The notes under the pieces: generated by a model | Told to the model about the DNA's origin: nothing | The model's database searches: none | The model's input: the letters and a program-made list of their open reading frames with translations, nothing else | In this document: positions 19,601 through 29,536 of the stretch, piece after piece | Numbering within the stretch: position 1 is the stretch's first letter | Layout of the letters: each line of letters opens with the position of its first letter | Program-made: the position numbers and the translations under genes | NCBI GenBank assembly: GCA_945870425.1 | Contig: CAMBSD010000009.1 | Location: 50,180 to 114,179, forward strand | Source of the DNA: Chitinophaga pinensis | Lineage (GTDB): Bacteria > Bacteroidota > Bacteroidia > UKL13-3 | Direction of reading: 5' to 3' | DNA length: 64,000 nt

Positions 19601-20677
19601 ATGAGCAAAATTCATAATTTTTCAGCTGGACCGGCCATATTACCTCAGGCCGCTATCGATGCAAGTGTTGAGGCATTGCAAAACTTTGCTGGCACGGGGT
19701 TATCCTTACTTGAAGTAAGTCATCGTAGTAAAGAATACGAAGCCGTTGTGGAAGAGGCCTGCCAGTTGGTAAAAGATATCCTTGGATTAAATGATGATTA
19801 TGCCGTAGTTTTTTTGCAAGGTGGAGCTAGTCTTCAATTTGATATGTTACCCATGAATTTTTTGGGTGAAAACGAAACCGCAGCCTATATTAATTCTGGT
19901 GTATGGGCTGGAAGAGCTATTAAAGAAGCAAAAATGTTTGGAAACGTAAATGTACTAGCTTCTAGTGAAGACAAAAATTTCTCATATTTACCTAAAGATT
20001 ATACGATTCCTTCAGATGCAAAATATTTTCATTGCACAAGCAACAACACCATTTATGGAACCGAAATGTTTGATTTCCCTGAAACCAATGGTGTGCCTTT
20101 GGTTTGTGATATGAGCTCAGATATTTTTAGCCGCCCATTTGATGCAACTAAATTTGACATGATATATGCAGGTGCGCAAAAAAATATGGGACCAGCTGGA
20201 ACAACCTTAATAATTATTAAAAAATCTTTCTTAGAAAAACGTACTTCAAGAAAGATTCCTACTATGCTTGATTATAAAATACATATTGATAATGGAAGTA
20301 TGTACAACACACCAAGTGTATTTGCGATATTTGTTTGTATGCACACATTGCGTTGGATAAAAGGTATGGGCCTTGAAGCCATGGAAGTGCGTAATAAAGA
20401 AAAAGCAGATTTATTATATGCTGAAATTGACAGAAATTCATTGTTCGTTGGAACAGTAGCTCAGGAAGACAGAAGTAGAATGAATGTGAACTTTGTGCTA
20501 AATGACAAATCGATGGAAGATGAGTTTTTGAAACTTTGTAAAGCGCGTAATCTAAGTGGTTTAAAAGGTCATCGTTCAGTAGGTGGATTAAGAGCAAGTT
20601 TATACAATGCTTTGGAATTAGAGAGTGTGCAAGCTTTGGTTGATACCATGAAAGAATTTGAAGAAAGTAAAAAATAA
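19601..20677 (+). CDS. serC: phosphoserine aminotransferase
   Basis: 'FSAGPA(I)LP' N-terminus and PLP-lysine region 'YAGAQKNMGPAG' typical of SerC. Confidence 0.9.
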   Translation: MSKIHNFSAGPAILPQAAIDASVEALQNFAGTGLSLLEVSHRSKEYEAVVEEACQLVKDILGLNDDYAVVFLQGGASLQFDMLPMNFLGENETAAYINSGVWAGRAIKEAKMFGNVNVLASSEDKNFSYLPKDYTIPSDAKYFHCTSNNTIYGTEMFDFPETNGVPLVCDMSSDIFSRPFDATKFDMIYAGAQKNMGPAGTTLIIIKKSFLEKRTSRKIPTMLDYKIHIDNGSMYNTPSVFAIFVCMHTLRWIKGMGLEAMEVRNKEKADLLYAEIDRNSLFVGTVAQEDRSRMNVNFVLNDKSMEDEFLKLCKARNLSGLKGHRSVGGLRASLYNALELESVQALVDTMKEFEESKK

Positions 20678-20762
20678 TTTTAAATGATAAATTATAAATA
20701 TTGAATTAATAATTGTTAAACCAATTAAGCCTTCAACTTTGTAATTTTTTAATAAAAAAGAA

Positions 20763-21728
20763 ATGACAAAAATATTAGCAAATGATGGCATTGATGCCAA
20801 TGGAAAATCAATTTTAGAAGCAGCAGGATTTGAGGTAGTAACGCAAAAAGTGGCACAAGAAAATTTGGCTACAGAACTGAAAAACTATGATGCCATATTG
20901 GTTCGCAGCGCAACTAAAGTGCGCAAGGATTTGATTGATGCTTGCCCTAATTTAAAACTGATTGGTAGAGGGGGTGTTGGTATGGATAACATTGATGTGG
21001 AGTATGCCAAACATAAAGGTATTAAAGTGGTAAACACACCTGCCTCTTCGAGCATTTCGGTGGCAGAATTGGTATTCACTCATATTTTTACGGGAGCTCG
21101 TTTTATTCAAATTACAAACCGAGTTATGCCAGAAAAAGGCAATACTGAATTTGGGAATTTGAAAAAAATCGCATCTGAAGGTATCGAGTTAAAAGGCAAA
21201 ACCATGGGTATCTATGGCTTTGGAAGAATAGGTCAAGAAGTAGCCAAAATAGCAGTTGGATTAGGTATGAAGGTGCTTGCCTTCGATCCCTTTGTTAGCA
21301 ATATTGACTTGAGTCTTGACTTACCGGCATTGGGACAGAACTCTCGTATTAAAGTAACGATTAATACAGTAAGCGAAGAATCGGTTGTATTACATAGCGA
21401 CTTCATCACATTTCATGTGCCATTCAACGAAGGAGACAAAGCCATTGTGTATGCTCCTAAAATGGCTAAGATGAAGCGTGGTGTTGGTTTAATAAACTGC
21501 TCAAGAGGTGGAGTAATAAGTGAATCAGATTTGTTAGCGGCACTTAACTCAGGTCAAGTTGCCTTTGCAGGTCTTGATGTATTTGAAAAAGAACCACCGA
21601 TTAACATGGATATATTAGCTCATCCACATGTGTCGCTCAGCCCGCATATAGGTGGAAGTACCAAAGAAGCACAAAACAGAATAGGTCTAGAAATGGCCGA
21701 AAAAGTAATAGAGTTTTTTAAAAAATAA
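20763..21728 (+). CDS. serA: D-3-phosphoglycerate dehydrogenase (2-hydroxyacid dehydrogenase family)
   Basis: NAD-binding 'GIYGFGRIGQEVA', catalytic-region His (DFITFHVP). Adjacent to serC. Confidence 0.8.
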   Translation: MTKILANDGIDANGKSILEAAGFEVVTQKVAQENLATELKNYDAILVRSATKVRKDLIDACPNLKLIGRGGVGMDNIDVEYAKHKGIKVVNTPASSSISVAELVFTHIFTGARFIQITNRVMPEKGNTEFGNLKKIASEGIELKGKTMGIYGFGRIGQEVAKIAVGLGMKVLAFDPFVSNIDLSLDLPALGQNSRIKVTINTVSEESVVLHSDFITFHVPFNEGDKAIVYAPKMAKMKRGVGLINCSRGGVISESDLLAALNSGQVAFAGLDVFEKEPPINMDILAHPHVSLSPHIGGSTKEAQNRIGLEMAEKVIEFFKK

Positions 21729-21736
21729 ACGAAGAA

Positions 21737-21765
21737 GCGCAAACCCAAAAAGTTTGCGTTTTTTA
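21737..21765 (+). terminator. rho-independent terminator after serA
   Basis: GCGCAAAC-CCAAAAA-GTTTGCG followed by TTTTTT. Confidence 0.6.
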
Positions 21766-21806
21766 TGAATTATTGCATAGCTTTGATAGCATTTAAATAC
21801 AAAATC

Positions 21807-22544
21807 ATGGAAAATAATAGAAGAAATTTTTTAAGAATATCGGCCTTATTGGGACTAGGATCATTTGCTAGCTCAGGTATAGCTAAGAATTTCATGGAAG
21901 ATGAATTATCAGCACCTGTTCAAGCTGTGCCGGGTGTTTATGAATTACCAAAACTAGATTACGCTTACGATGCTTTAGAGCCATTCATAGATGCCAAGAC
22001 AATGGAAATCCACTACAGCAAGCATCATCAAACTTATGTAAATAAGCTAAACGAAGCATTGGAAAAAGAGCCTAGTTTAAAGAAAATGCAACTTGACCCA
22101 ATGCTAAAGTCAATTAAATCTTTACCAGAAAGCGTGCGAACAGCTATTCGTAACCATGGTTGTGGACATTGGAATCACAGCTTTTTTTGGAAGAACTTAA
22201 AAAAGGGCACAAATCCATCAGCAAGAATGATGGGTGTTATCCAAAACTCATATGGAAGCTTAGATAATTTTAAAGCTGAGTTTGAAAAAGCAGGAACGGG
22301 TTTATTTGGCTCAGGGTGGGTATGGGTAATTAATAATTTTGGTACAATAACTATAACTACTACACCAAATCAAGACAACCCATTAATGGATATTGCCGAA
22401 AAGCAAGGAAAACCGGTTATTGCTTTAGATGTGTGGGAACACGCATATTACCTAAAACACCAAAACAAAAGAGCTGATTATGTGAAGAATTTTTGGAGTG
22501 TTCTTAACTGGGAACAAGCTGAAAAAAATATGTTTGGAGGATAA
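21807..22544 (+). CDS. Fe/Mn superoxide dismutase with Tat-type signal peptide
   Basis: 'NRRNFLRISALLGLG' twin-arginine leader. 'HYSKHHQTY', 'DVWEHAYY' metal ligand motifs. Start placed after the terminator. Confidence 0.9.
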   Translation: MENNRRNFLRISALLGLGSFASSGIAKNFMEDELSAPVQAVPGVYELPKLDYAYDALEPFIDAKTMEIHYSKHHQTYVNKLNEALEKEPSLKKMQLDPMLKSIKSLPESVRTAIRNHGCGHWNHSFFWKNLKKGTNPSARMMGVIQNSYGSLDNFKAEFEKAGTGLFGSGWVWVINNFGTITITTTPNQDNPLMDIAEKQGKPVIALDVWEHAYYLKHQNKRADYVKNFWSVLNWEQAEKNMFGG

Positions 22545-22559
22545 TCAAATCAACTTAGA

Positions 22560-22928
22560 ATGAATATTAACGATACAGCAAAAGCTATACACAGCATTAA
22601 TGTAGAAAAAGGATTTTGGGAAAACCCAAGAAATAAAGGTGAATTGCTCATGTTGGTGGTTAGTGAATTAGCTGAAGCACTTGAAGCAGATCGTAAAAAT
22701 CGTTATTCAATAAACAACCCTAAAGATATAACGGCATTGGCAAGTGATGTAGACTTTAACAATGCTTTTAGCAAATTAGTTAAAGACACTTTTGAAGATG
22801 AAATTGCTGATGCTGTAATTCGCTTATTTGATATGTCGGCTGGTTTGGGCATTGACCTTGAAAGTCATATTATGGCTAAGCTTAGGTATAATGCCAATAG
22901 ACCCAAAATGCATGGTAAAAAATATTGA
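22560..22928 (+). CDS. MazG-like nucleotide pyrophosphohydrolase domain protein
   Basis: Small all-alpha protein with 'LMLVVSELAEALEADRKN' EExxE-like motif. Family assignment is tentative. Confidence 0.45.
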   Translation: MNINDTAKAIHSINVEKGFWENPRNKGELLMLVVSELAEALEADRKNRYSINNPKDITALASDVDFNNAFSKLVKDTFEDEIADAVIRLFDMSAGLGIDLESHIMAKLRYNANRPKMHGKKY

Positions 22929-22946
22929 TGTAAATCACACTCTTGT

Positions 22947-23966
22947 TTAAGTAATTTTAAATCCATCAAATAAATTACTTCTTACTTTAATTTCTCCTGT
23001 AACAAATTTATTGAAGTTACTTAAATCGGCTTGTTTGTAGTTATTTAATGGTTGAAGTGTTTCTTCGTCAAAAATGCCAGCAGCTTCAATCAATGCCTGA
23101 GCCACATTGTATTGAGGCAACATTTTACCATCATCTATTTTGATGCAAACTCCCATTTGCTCCTGCAATAGACTCATGCAAAAAACACCCTCTGCTCCTG
23201 TTTTACCAATAATTCTAGAACCACATATTTTCATCATGTCACTGCAATAGCGCTTACTTCCAGCCACCATAAATGGATAGGTTGACATTGCTTGAACGAT
23301 TGTATCACATGCAAATCGCCTTTCAGTTGAATAAGAATCAGTATTAACTATGTTTTTAAAAGCCAAGGCTTGGTTATAAACAGGTATTGAATATACCGGT
23401 GCCGAACATCCATCCAATGCTGTCACCATCTGGGTTTGTGGGTATTCATAAACCTCCTCAACATATTGCAAAATAAGGGTTTGAATGGGATGATTAGGAT
23501 TCAAATAATCATCAATCTCAGCGTCCAATAACTTACACAAAGCCAACATTCCTGCATGTTTACCACTGCAATTGTTATGTATATGATGAGGCTTTTCACT
23601 TTTTCGGATAAGTTCATCTGCATCTATCTTTGAGGTAGGATATTGAGGACCACAATTCAAATTTTCTTTGTCTAAACCAATCTTTTGCAAAATGGAGTTA
23701 ACTACCCTTAAATGCTCAGGCTCAGCATTATGAGAACCGCACATAACAGCTATCTCCTCTAGTGTAAAGTCAAACTTTTCCATACCACCGAGCTCCAACA
23801 GAGGCATAACCTGTATAAGTTTCATGGCACTTCTAGGGTAGCAAATTTGTTGAATATCTCCTTCGGAATAAATGATGTTTCCATTTCTATCCACTATGCA
23901 TACAACACCTCTGTGAAAACTCTCAAGCACTTTGTTACGATATACTTCTACTAATATAGGGTTCAT
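22947..23966 (-). CDS. L-asparaginase II family protein (Rhizobium etli AnsA/ReAV type, beta-lactamase-like fold)
   Basis: Ser-x-x-Lys 'RSAMKL' near the N-terminus. Cys/Lys cluster 'HNNCSGKHAG' and 'LDGCSAP' match the zinc site of ReAV-type asparaginases. Called from memory, not searched. Confidence 0.45.
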   Translation of the reverse strand: MNPILVEVYRNKVLESFHRGVVCIVDRNGNIIYSEGDIQQICYPRSAMKLIQVMPLLELGGMEKFDFTLEEIAVMCGSHNAEPEHLRVVNSILQKIGLDKENLNCGPQYPTSKIDADELIRKSEKPHHIHNNCSGKHAGMLALCKLLDAEIDDYLNPNHPIQTLILQYVEEVYEYPQTQMVTALDGCSAPVYSIPVYNQALAFKNIVNTDSYSTERRFACDTIVQAMSTYPFMVAGSKRYCSDMMKICGSRIIGKTGAEGVFCMSLLQEQMGVCIKIDDGKMLPQYNVAQALIEAAGIFDEETLQPLNNYKQADLSNFNKFVTGEIKVRSNLFDGFKIT

Positions 23967-24108
23967 AGGATTGATTATAAATCATGGCAAATAAAAGAAG
24001 TTTCTGATAAATTCGTTCCAATAAAATATGTTCAAGTTTAGCTATCAACCAACAACAACCCATTAACAACTATGTAATTGCATATTTTTTGATTAAAATT
24101 GCAGCTAT

Positions 24109-25008
24109 ATGCCTGTGCAAAGCCCTGTATTATTTCTGATATTCAATCGTCCTGATAAAACTAAACAGGTGTTTGAAGCTATTAGGCAGGCGCAACCAGC
24201 ACAACTGTTTGTGGCTGCTGATGGGCCTAGAAAAGACAGACAAGAGGAGCAAGAACTTTGCAAACAAACCCGTGAAATTATAAATGCAATTGACTGGAAA
24301 TGTGAGTTAAAAACACTTTATCGTTCAGAGAATTTAGGTTGTAAAATAGCAGTTAGCAGTGCTATCAACTGGTTTTTTGATAATGTAGAAGAGGGAATCA
24401 TTTTGGAAGATGATTGTCTTCCAAACCAGAGTTTCTTTCATTTTTGCGATACTTTATTAAATCACTATCGTGATGATGAGAGAATTATGCATATCGGAGG
24501 TAGCAATTTTCAAGATGGACAAATAAGGGGTGATGGGTCTTACTATTTTTCTATGTATAACCACATTTGGGGCTGGGCAACTTGGAAAAGAGCCTGGAAA
24601 TATTATGATATAGAAATGTTGAGTTATAATAATTTTGTTGAAAGCAACAAGATTGATAGCTTATTTAACATTTCTAGAGAGAAAAAATATTGGAAAGAAA
24701 TTATTAAAAAGGTAAAGGAAAACCAAATTAATACTTGGGACTATCAATGGACTTATAGTATTTGGACAAATGGGGGTTTAAGCATTCTGCCGAACCAAAA
24801 TTTAATAAAAAATATTGGATTCGATAGTCAAGGAACTCATACCAATAATAATGGAAATATTTTCAGTAAAATGAAATCAACTGAAATAAATGGATCACTG
24901 GTACATCCTCAAATTATGATCAAAGATAATGAAGCAGACACATTTGCTTTTAATCTTTACTTTTATCCAAAATTACTTAATCTAGTTATCAACAAATTAA
25001 TAAAATAG
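24109..25008 (+). CDS. GT-A fold glycosyltransferase (GnT-I/HlpA-like)
   Basis: 'LFLIFNRPD', acidic 'ILEDDCLP' DxD-like motif. Confidence 0.5.
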   Translation: MPVQSPVLFLIFNRPDKTKQVFEAIRQAQPAQLFVAADGPRKDRQEEQELCKQTREIINAIDWKCELKTLYRSENLGCKIAVSSAINWFFDNVEEGIILEDDCLPNQSFFHFCDTLLNHYRDDERIMHIGGSNFQDGQIRGDGSYYFSMYNHIWGWATWKRAWKYYDIEMLSYNNFVESNKIDSLFNISREKKYWKEIIKKVKENQINTWDYQWTYSIWTNGGLSILPNQNLIKNIGFDSQGTHTNNNGNIFSKMKSTEINGSLVHPQIMIKDNEADTFAFNLYFYPKLLNLVINKLIK

Positions 25009-25011
25009 AAT

Positions 25012-25929
25012 TTGAAATCCCTATTAAACAAAATAAAAAATGTAAAGAACTTGGTTCAATTTTACCGTGAGGAGCTAGATAAATCTAAAATCCTTGCTGC
25101 CAAATCTTTGATTAATAATTTCAAACATACGGATAGAGACTTTAATTTTTCAGACATAGAATTCTCTGTATTCTCCCAATGGGGTGATGATGGAATTATT
25201 CAATATCTTATTCATAAATTGAATATTTCAAATAAAACTTTTATTGAATTTGGCGTAGGAAACTATTTAGAAGCAAATACCCGATTCTTGCTAATCAATA
25301 ATAATTGGAAAGGTTTGATTTTTGATGGCTCTGAGAAAAACATAAACTTTGTTAAGAACGACTCTATATATTGGAAGTATAATTTGACTGCGAAACATTT
25401 ATTTATAACAAAAGAAAATATTAACCATGAAATAAAGAACTGTGGATTCGAAGGTGAGATTGGCATATTGCATATTGATATTGACGGTAATGACTTTTGG
25501 ATATGGGATGAAATTAACGTAGTAAATCCAGAAATTGTTATTATGGAATATAATAGTGTTTTCGGCAACAACGCTGCTATAACCGTACCTTATGACAAAA
25601 ACTTCTATGTTACAAATGCCCATTACAGCAATTTATTTTTTGGGGCATCTTTAAAAGCTATGTGCTTTTTAGCAGAAAAGAAAAACTATAGTTTTGTTGG
25701 CAGTAATACGAATGGAAATAACGCATATTTTGTTAGAAATGACAAATTAAAATCTATCCAAAAAATTACTGCTGATGAAGGTTATTACGAAATAAATGCA
25801 AGACAAAACAGAAACGAAAATGGGGAGCTAACTTTTAAATCAGACCATGAAATGATTAAAGCTTGCAAAGACTTGAATGTAATTAATGTAGAGACAAATG
25901 AGTTAGTTCCACTTAAAAATTATTTATAG
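25012..25929 (+). CDS. hypothetical protein (possibly FkbM-like methyltransferase)
   Basis: 'FIEFGVGNYLEANTRF' weakly resembles the FkbM motif. Tightly spaced with flanking genes. Confidence 0.3.
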   Translation: MKSLLNKIKNVKNLVQFYREELDKSKILAAKSLINNFKHTDRDFNFSDIEFSVFSQWGDDGIIQYLIHKLNISNKTFIEFGVGNYLEANTRFLLINNNWKGLIFDGSEKNINFVKNDSIYWKYNLTAKHLFITKENINHEIKNCGFEGEIGILHIDIDGNDFWIWDEINVVNPEIVIMEYNSVFGNNAAITVPYDKNFYVTNAHYSNLFFGASLKAMCFLAEKKNYSFVGSNTNGNNAYFVRNDKLKSIQKITADEGYYEINARQNRNENGELTFKSDHEMIKACKDLNVINVETNELVPLKNYL

Positions 25930-25933
25930 TAAA

Positions 25934-26827
25934 ATGTATCAATTTATTTTCAACCAATTAATTTCAAATATTCCTTTAAAGAGCTATAAATTCAAATTTT
26001 ATATGGTCTTAAGAAATTTAGTTGGGAAGTTTTTTAACCCTAAAATTTCATACAAATTAGGTGCATATGACATTATAATTCCAATAACTCACGACCTACC
26101 AATAAATATTAAAATCTATCCAGAATACAATCAAAACCTAGGCAAAATTGCTAAAGCTATTGAAGAAAAGTATCCATCAAATTCAATAATTGACGTAGGC
26201 GCAAACATTGGCGATTCAGTCGCAATAATTCATAAATATGTTAAGTCTCCTATTCTATGTATTGAAGGAAATGATTTGTATTTACCTTTATTGAGAGCAA
26301 ACACATCTTCATTAACAAATGTATGTATTGAAGATTCGTTTGTTGGTGATGAGGAAGTTGTTGTAAGCACGCACAGTAGCCTTGGCACGGCATTCATAGA
26401 GAAATCTTCTGGAGATGGAATAAAGGTAAAGAAAATTAGCACAATACTAGATAAACACCCAACTTTCAAGAATTCAAAATTATTCAAAACTGATACGGAC
26501 GGATTTGATAATAAAATTTTAAAAGGAGCTAAAGCCTATTTCAATGAAATCAAACCTATCATTTTCTTTGAATATGACCCTTATTTCCTATCAAAGCAAA
26601 ATGAAATCGGATATGATATATTTGGATACCTAAATAATCTAGGATATTCAGACTTAATGTTGTTTGAAAATACAGGCAGGTACATTTTTACTATAAATAC
26701 AGAACTAGAAAGAGAATTGGTCGAATTGCATAACTATTTTAATCAAAATGGTGAAAAATATATGGATATATGTGCAATTCATGAAAATGATAAAGATATT
26801 ATTCAAAAAATAATTAAACTTTTATAA
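25934..26827 (+). CDS. FkbM family methyltransferase
   Basis: 'IIDVGANIGDSVAI' FkbM signature. Confidence 0.6.
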   Translation: MYQFIFNQLISNIPLKSYKFKFYMVLRNLVGKFFNPKISYKLGAYDIIIPITHDLPINIKIYPEYNQNLGKIAKAIEEKYPSNSIIDVGANIGDSVAIIHKYVKSPILCIEGNDLYLPLLRANTSSLTNVCIEDSFVGDEEVVVSTHSSLGTAFIEKSSGDGIKVKKISTILDKHPTFKNSKLFKTDTDGFDNKILKGAKAYFNEIKPIIFFEYDPYFLSKQNEIGYDIFGYLNNLGYSDLMLFENTGRYIFTINTELERELVELHNYFNQNGEKYMDICAIHENDKDIIQKIIKLL

Positions 26828-26852
26828 TTTTGATTATTAAACATTTCCTATT

Positions 26853-29357
26853 ATGAAAAACCGTTTGCCAATATTCATCATTTTTATTTGGCTACTAGTA
26901 AGTAATAGCTATTCTCAATTTTGTCCATATGCTAGCTTAACAAGTAAACCAAATTTGGTTGTTAATGGAGATTTTGAATTAGACAATACTGGCTTTACAT
27001 CACAATATACTTACATTCCTAGCACAACTTTGTTATATGAAGAGAAATATACTTTTACAACAAATGCCAATTTAGTTCATTTTGCGTGGACGGGACCATC
27101 AAGAAGTGGTACAGGAAAATTTATGGCAATAAATGGTGCAGGCATACCTTTATTTTTTTGGAATGAAACAATCACTGTAAAACCAAATACGAATTATCGA
27201 TTTTCTACTTGGTTAAAAAATCTTGCCATAAAACCTCAATATCAAGGTTTAGCGCCTGCGCAAATTGAGCTCTGGATAAACAATCAAAAAGTATTTAATA
27301 CAATTACTCTTGTTGATTACCCAGATGTTTGGAAACTATTAGATACAATTTGGAATTCTGGTTCAAATACAACAGCTCTACTAGGAATAAAAACCGTTTC
27401 TACAAATGGTAATGGTTGTGATTTTGGTATGGATGATGTTGAGTTCAAAGAATGTTCTTGCACCTCAACATCATTATCGGCCACAAACTCAACCACCATA
27501 TGCTTAGGAGACACAATACAGCTTAACGCTACTCCAGGTTTAAGCGGTGGAACATACCTTTGGATTCCAGGATTTACGTTAAATGATTCTACCTCAAAAT
27601 CCCCCAAAGGGAGGCCATTAATAAATACAACTTATACTGTTACCTATACATTAGCAGGATGTTCAACAACTACAAGTGTTCCTGTTAACGTTACCCAAGT
27701 GTCCTCCAATGCAGGCTTAGATAAAAATATATGCTTAGGTGATAGTGTTCAGTTAAATGGTTCAGCAATTGGTGCTTTTAAATGGAAACCCACTACTTAT
27801 ATGAGCGATTCGAATCTTATCAGTCCATATGTGAAGCCACCCAGCAGCATTAGCTATATTTTAACATCTAGTCAAGGAGCCTGTTCACGTGTTGATACTG
27901 TTAAGGTAAACGTTTCGAATGCTTCTGCTTATGCTGGTTTAGATAAACATATTTGCTTGGGAGATAGTATACAATTAGACGGGGTGGCAACAGGCAGTTT
28001 TACTTGGCAGCCCACCACTGCTATGAGCAATCCAACCCAAATAAAACCCTATGTGAAACCCGTAAGTGATACCAAATATATTTTAAAAGCTAGTTTTGGT
28101 TCATGTGTTCAAAGAGATACCGTTGATGTGCTTGTCTCTCAAGTTTTGGCCAATGCGGGCAAGAATCTAACCGTTTGTTTAGGTGATAGTGTGCAATTGC
28201 AAGGCACGGCATTGGGTAATGTTACTTGGCAGCCAAGCACCTTTTTAAATAACCCAAGTTTAACCCAACCTTATAGCAAACCCAAAACAAATATTGATTA
28301 TATATTGACGGCTACAAATGGCACATGCGTGCAAAAAGATACGGTAAGCGTAAGTCTGTTTACCAATGCCTCGGCCAATGCAGGTGCAGATCAACGTATC
28401 TGTTTAGGGTCAGGAGTATTCCTGAATGCAGCTACAGCAAATACTTATGAGTGGACACCGCCCTATTTTATTACCAATAGCAATTCTCAAAACCCATTTG
28501 TAAATCCATTAGTAGATACTACCTATTATTTAAAAATTAGTATGGGCTCTTGTTTTGGATTTGATACTGTAAAAGTAAAAGTAGTGCCTATACCAAGCGT
28601 AAAAGCAAGTGATGACACAAAAGTTTGCTTGGGAGACTCGGTGCAGCTAAATGCCCAAGTTAGCAGCCCTGCTAAATGGGTTTGGAGATCACAAGTTCAA
28701 TTATCAGATAGCAATATTCTAAATCCAAAAGCTAAAATCACGCAGAGTTCTATTTTTATAATCATAGCTAGTGATACCTCAAAACTGTGCTATGCTTCTG
28801 ATACAATGATTGTAGACCCATATCCAGTGGTAAAAGCAATTTATTCTGCAGATACATATAGTGGCGAAGGTCAATTAAAACCTGTTTTTGATAATACCAG
28901 TCAGAATGCCACAAAATACACTTGGTTGTTTGGAGATAGTTTGAACAGCAATTCAAAAGACAAGAATCCAGATTTTACATTTATAAGACCAGGCGTTTAT
29001 AAAGTAAAGCTAATTGCACAAAACGATTATGGCTGTAAAGATTCAATAACGAAAGAATTTACCGTATTGCCTGCGGGTAAATTATACATACCAAATGCTT
29101 TCACCCCAAATGGAGATATGTTTAATGAGGTGTTTAAGTTTGTATATCCTGAATCAGCTTACAAAAAGGTGGAGATGACGATTTACAATCGCTGGGGTGG
29201 CTTTATTTACGAAACATCTATGCCAGGCGGCAAATGGTGGGATGGAACATTTGAAGGAACTCCATGCTCGGTGGATGTATATTTCTATGTAGCTAAGGCC
29301 ATTAAAATTAATGGTGAAGTAAATGATTATCATGGTACGATAACTTTGCTGAGATAA
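26853..29357 (+). CDS. gliding motility-associated C-terminal domain (T9SS type-B/CHU_C) surface protein with CBM-like N-domain and ~8 tandem repeats
   Basis: Signal peptide. N-terminal 'NGDFELDNTGF...DFGMDDVEFKEC' (CBM4/9-like). About 8 repeats of ~75 aa 'ICLGDSVQLNG...W(Q/K)PTT..S'. PKD unit 'WLFGDS'. C-terminal 'LYIPNAFTPNGDMFNEVFKF...TIYNRWGGFIYE' type-B sorting domain. Confidence 0.8.
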   Translation: MKNRLPIFIIFIWLLVSNSYSQFCPYASLTSKPNLVVNGDFELDNTGFTSQYTYIPSTTLLYEEKYTFTTNANLVHFAWTGPSRSGTGKFMAINGAGIPLFFWNETITVKPNTNYRFSTWLKNLAIKPQYQGLAPAQIELWINNQKVFNTITLVDYPDVWKLLDTIWNSGSNTTALLGIKTVSTNGNGCDFGMDDVEFKECSCTSTSLSATNSTTICLGDTIQLNATPGLSGGTYLWIPGFTLNDSTSKSPKGRPLINTTYTVTYTLAGCSTTTSVPVNVTQVSSNAGLDKNICLGDSVQLNGSAIGAFKWKPTTYMSDSNLISPYVKPPSSISYILTSSQGACSRVDTVKVNVSNASAYAGLDKHICLGDSIQLDGVATGSFTWQPTTAMSNPTQIKPYVKPVSDTKYILKASFGSCVQRDTVDVLVSQVLANAGKNLTVCLGDSVQLQGTALGNVTWQPSTFLNNPSLTQPYSKPKTNIDYILTATNGTCVQKDTVSVSLFTNASANAGADQRICLGSGVFLNAATANTYEWTPPYFITNSNSQNPFVNPLVDTTYYLKISMGSCFGFDTVKVKVVPIPSVKASDDTKVCLGDSVQLNAQVSSPAKWVWRSQVQLSDSNILNPKAKITQSSIFIIIASDTSKLCYASDTMIVDPYPVVKAIYSADTYSGEGQLKPVFDNTSQNATKYTWLFGDSLNSNSKDKNPDFTFIRPGVYKVKLIAQNDYGCKDSITKEFTVLPAGKLYIPNAFTPNGDMFNEVFKFVYPESAYKKVEMTIYNRWGGFIYETSMPGGKWWDGTFEGTPCSVDVYFYVAKAIKINGEVNDYHGTITLLR

Positions 29358-29536
29358 TTATTTTTCATTATCAATAACTACAGAAAAATTGCGTTCATTG
29401 CAGAGGGCACAATGAAATTACTTTATTAATCCTTGTTCTATTTCTCAATTATATTTACTGATAAAGCATAGCTTTTCAGACAAATAGCGATAAAACCAAT
29501 AATTAGCTTATCTTTGCAGCTTAATTTATAAATTCT

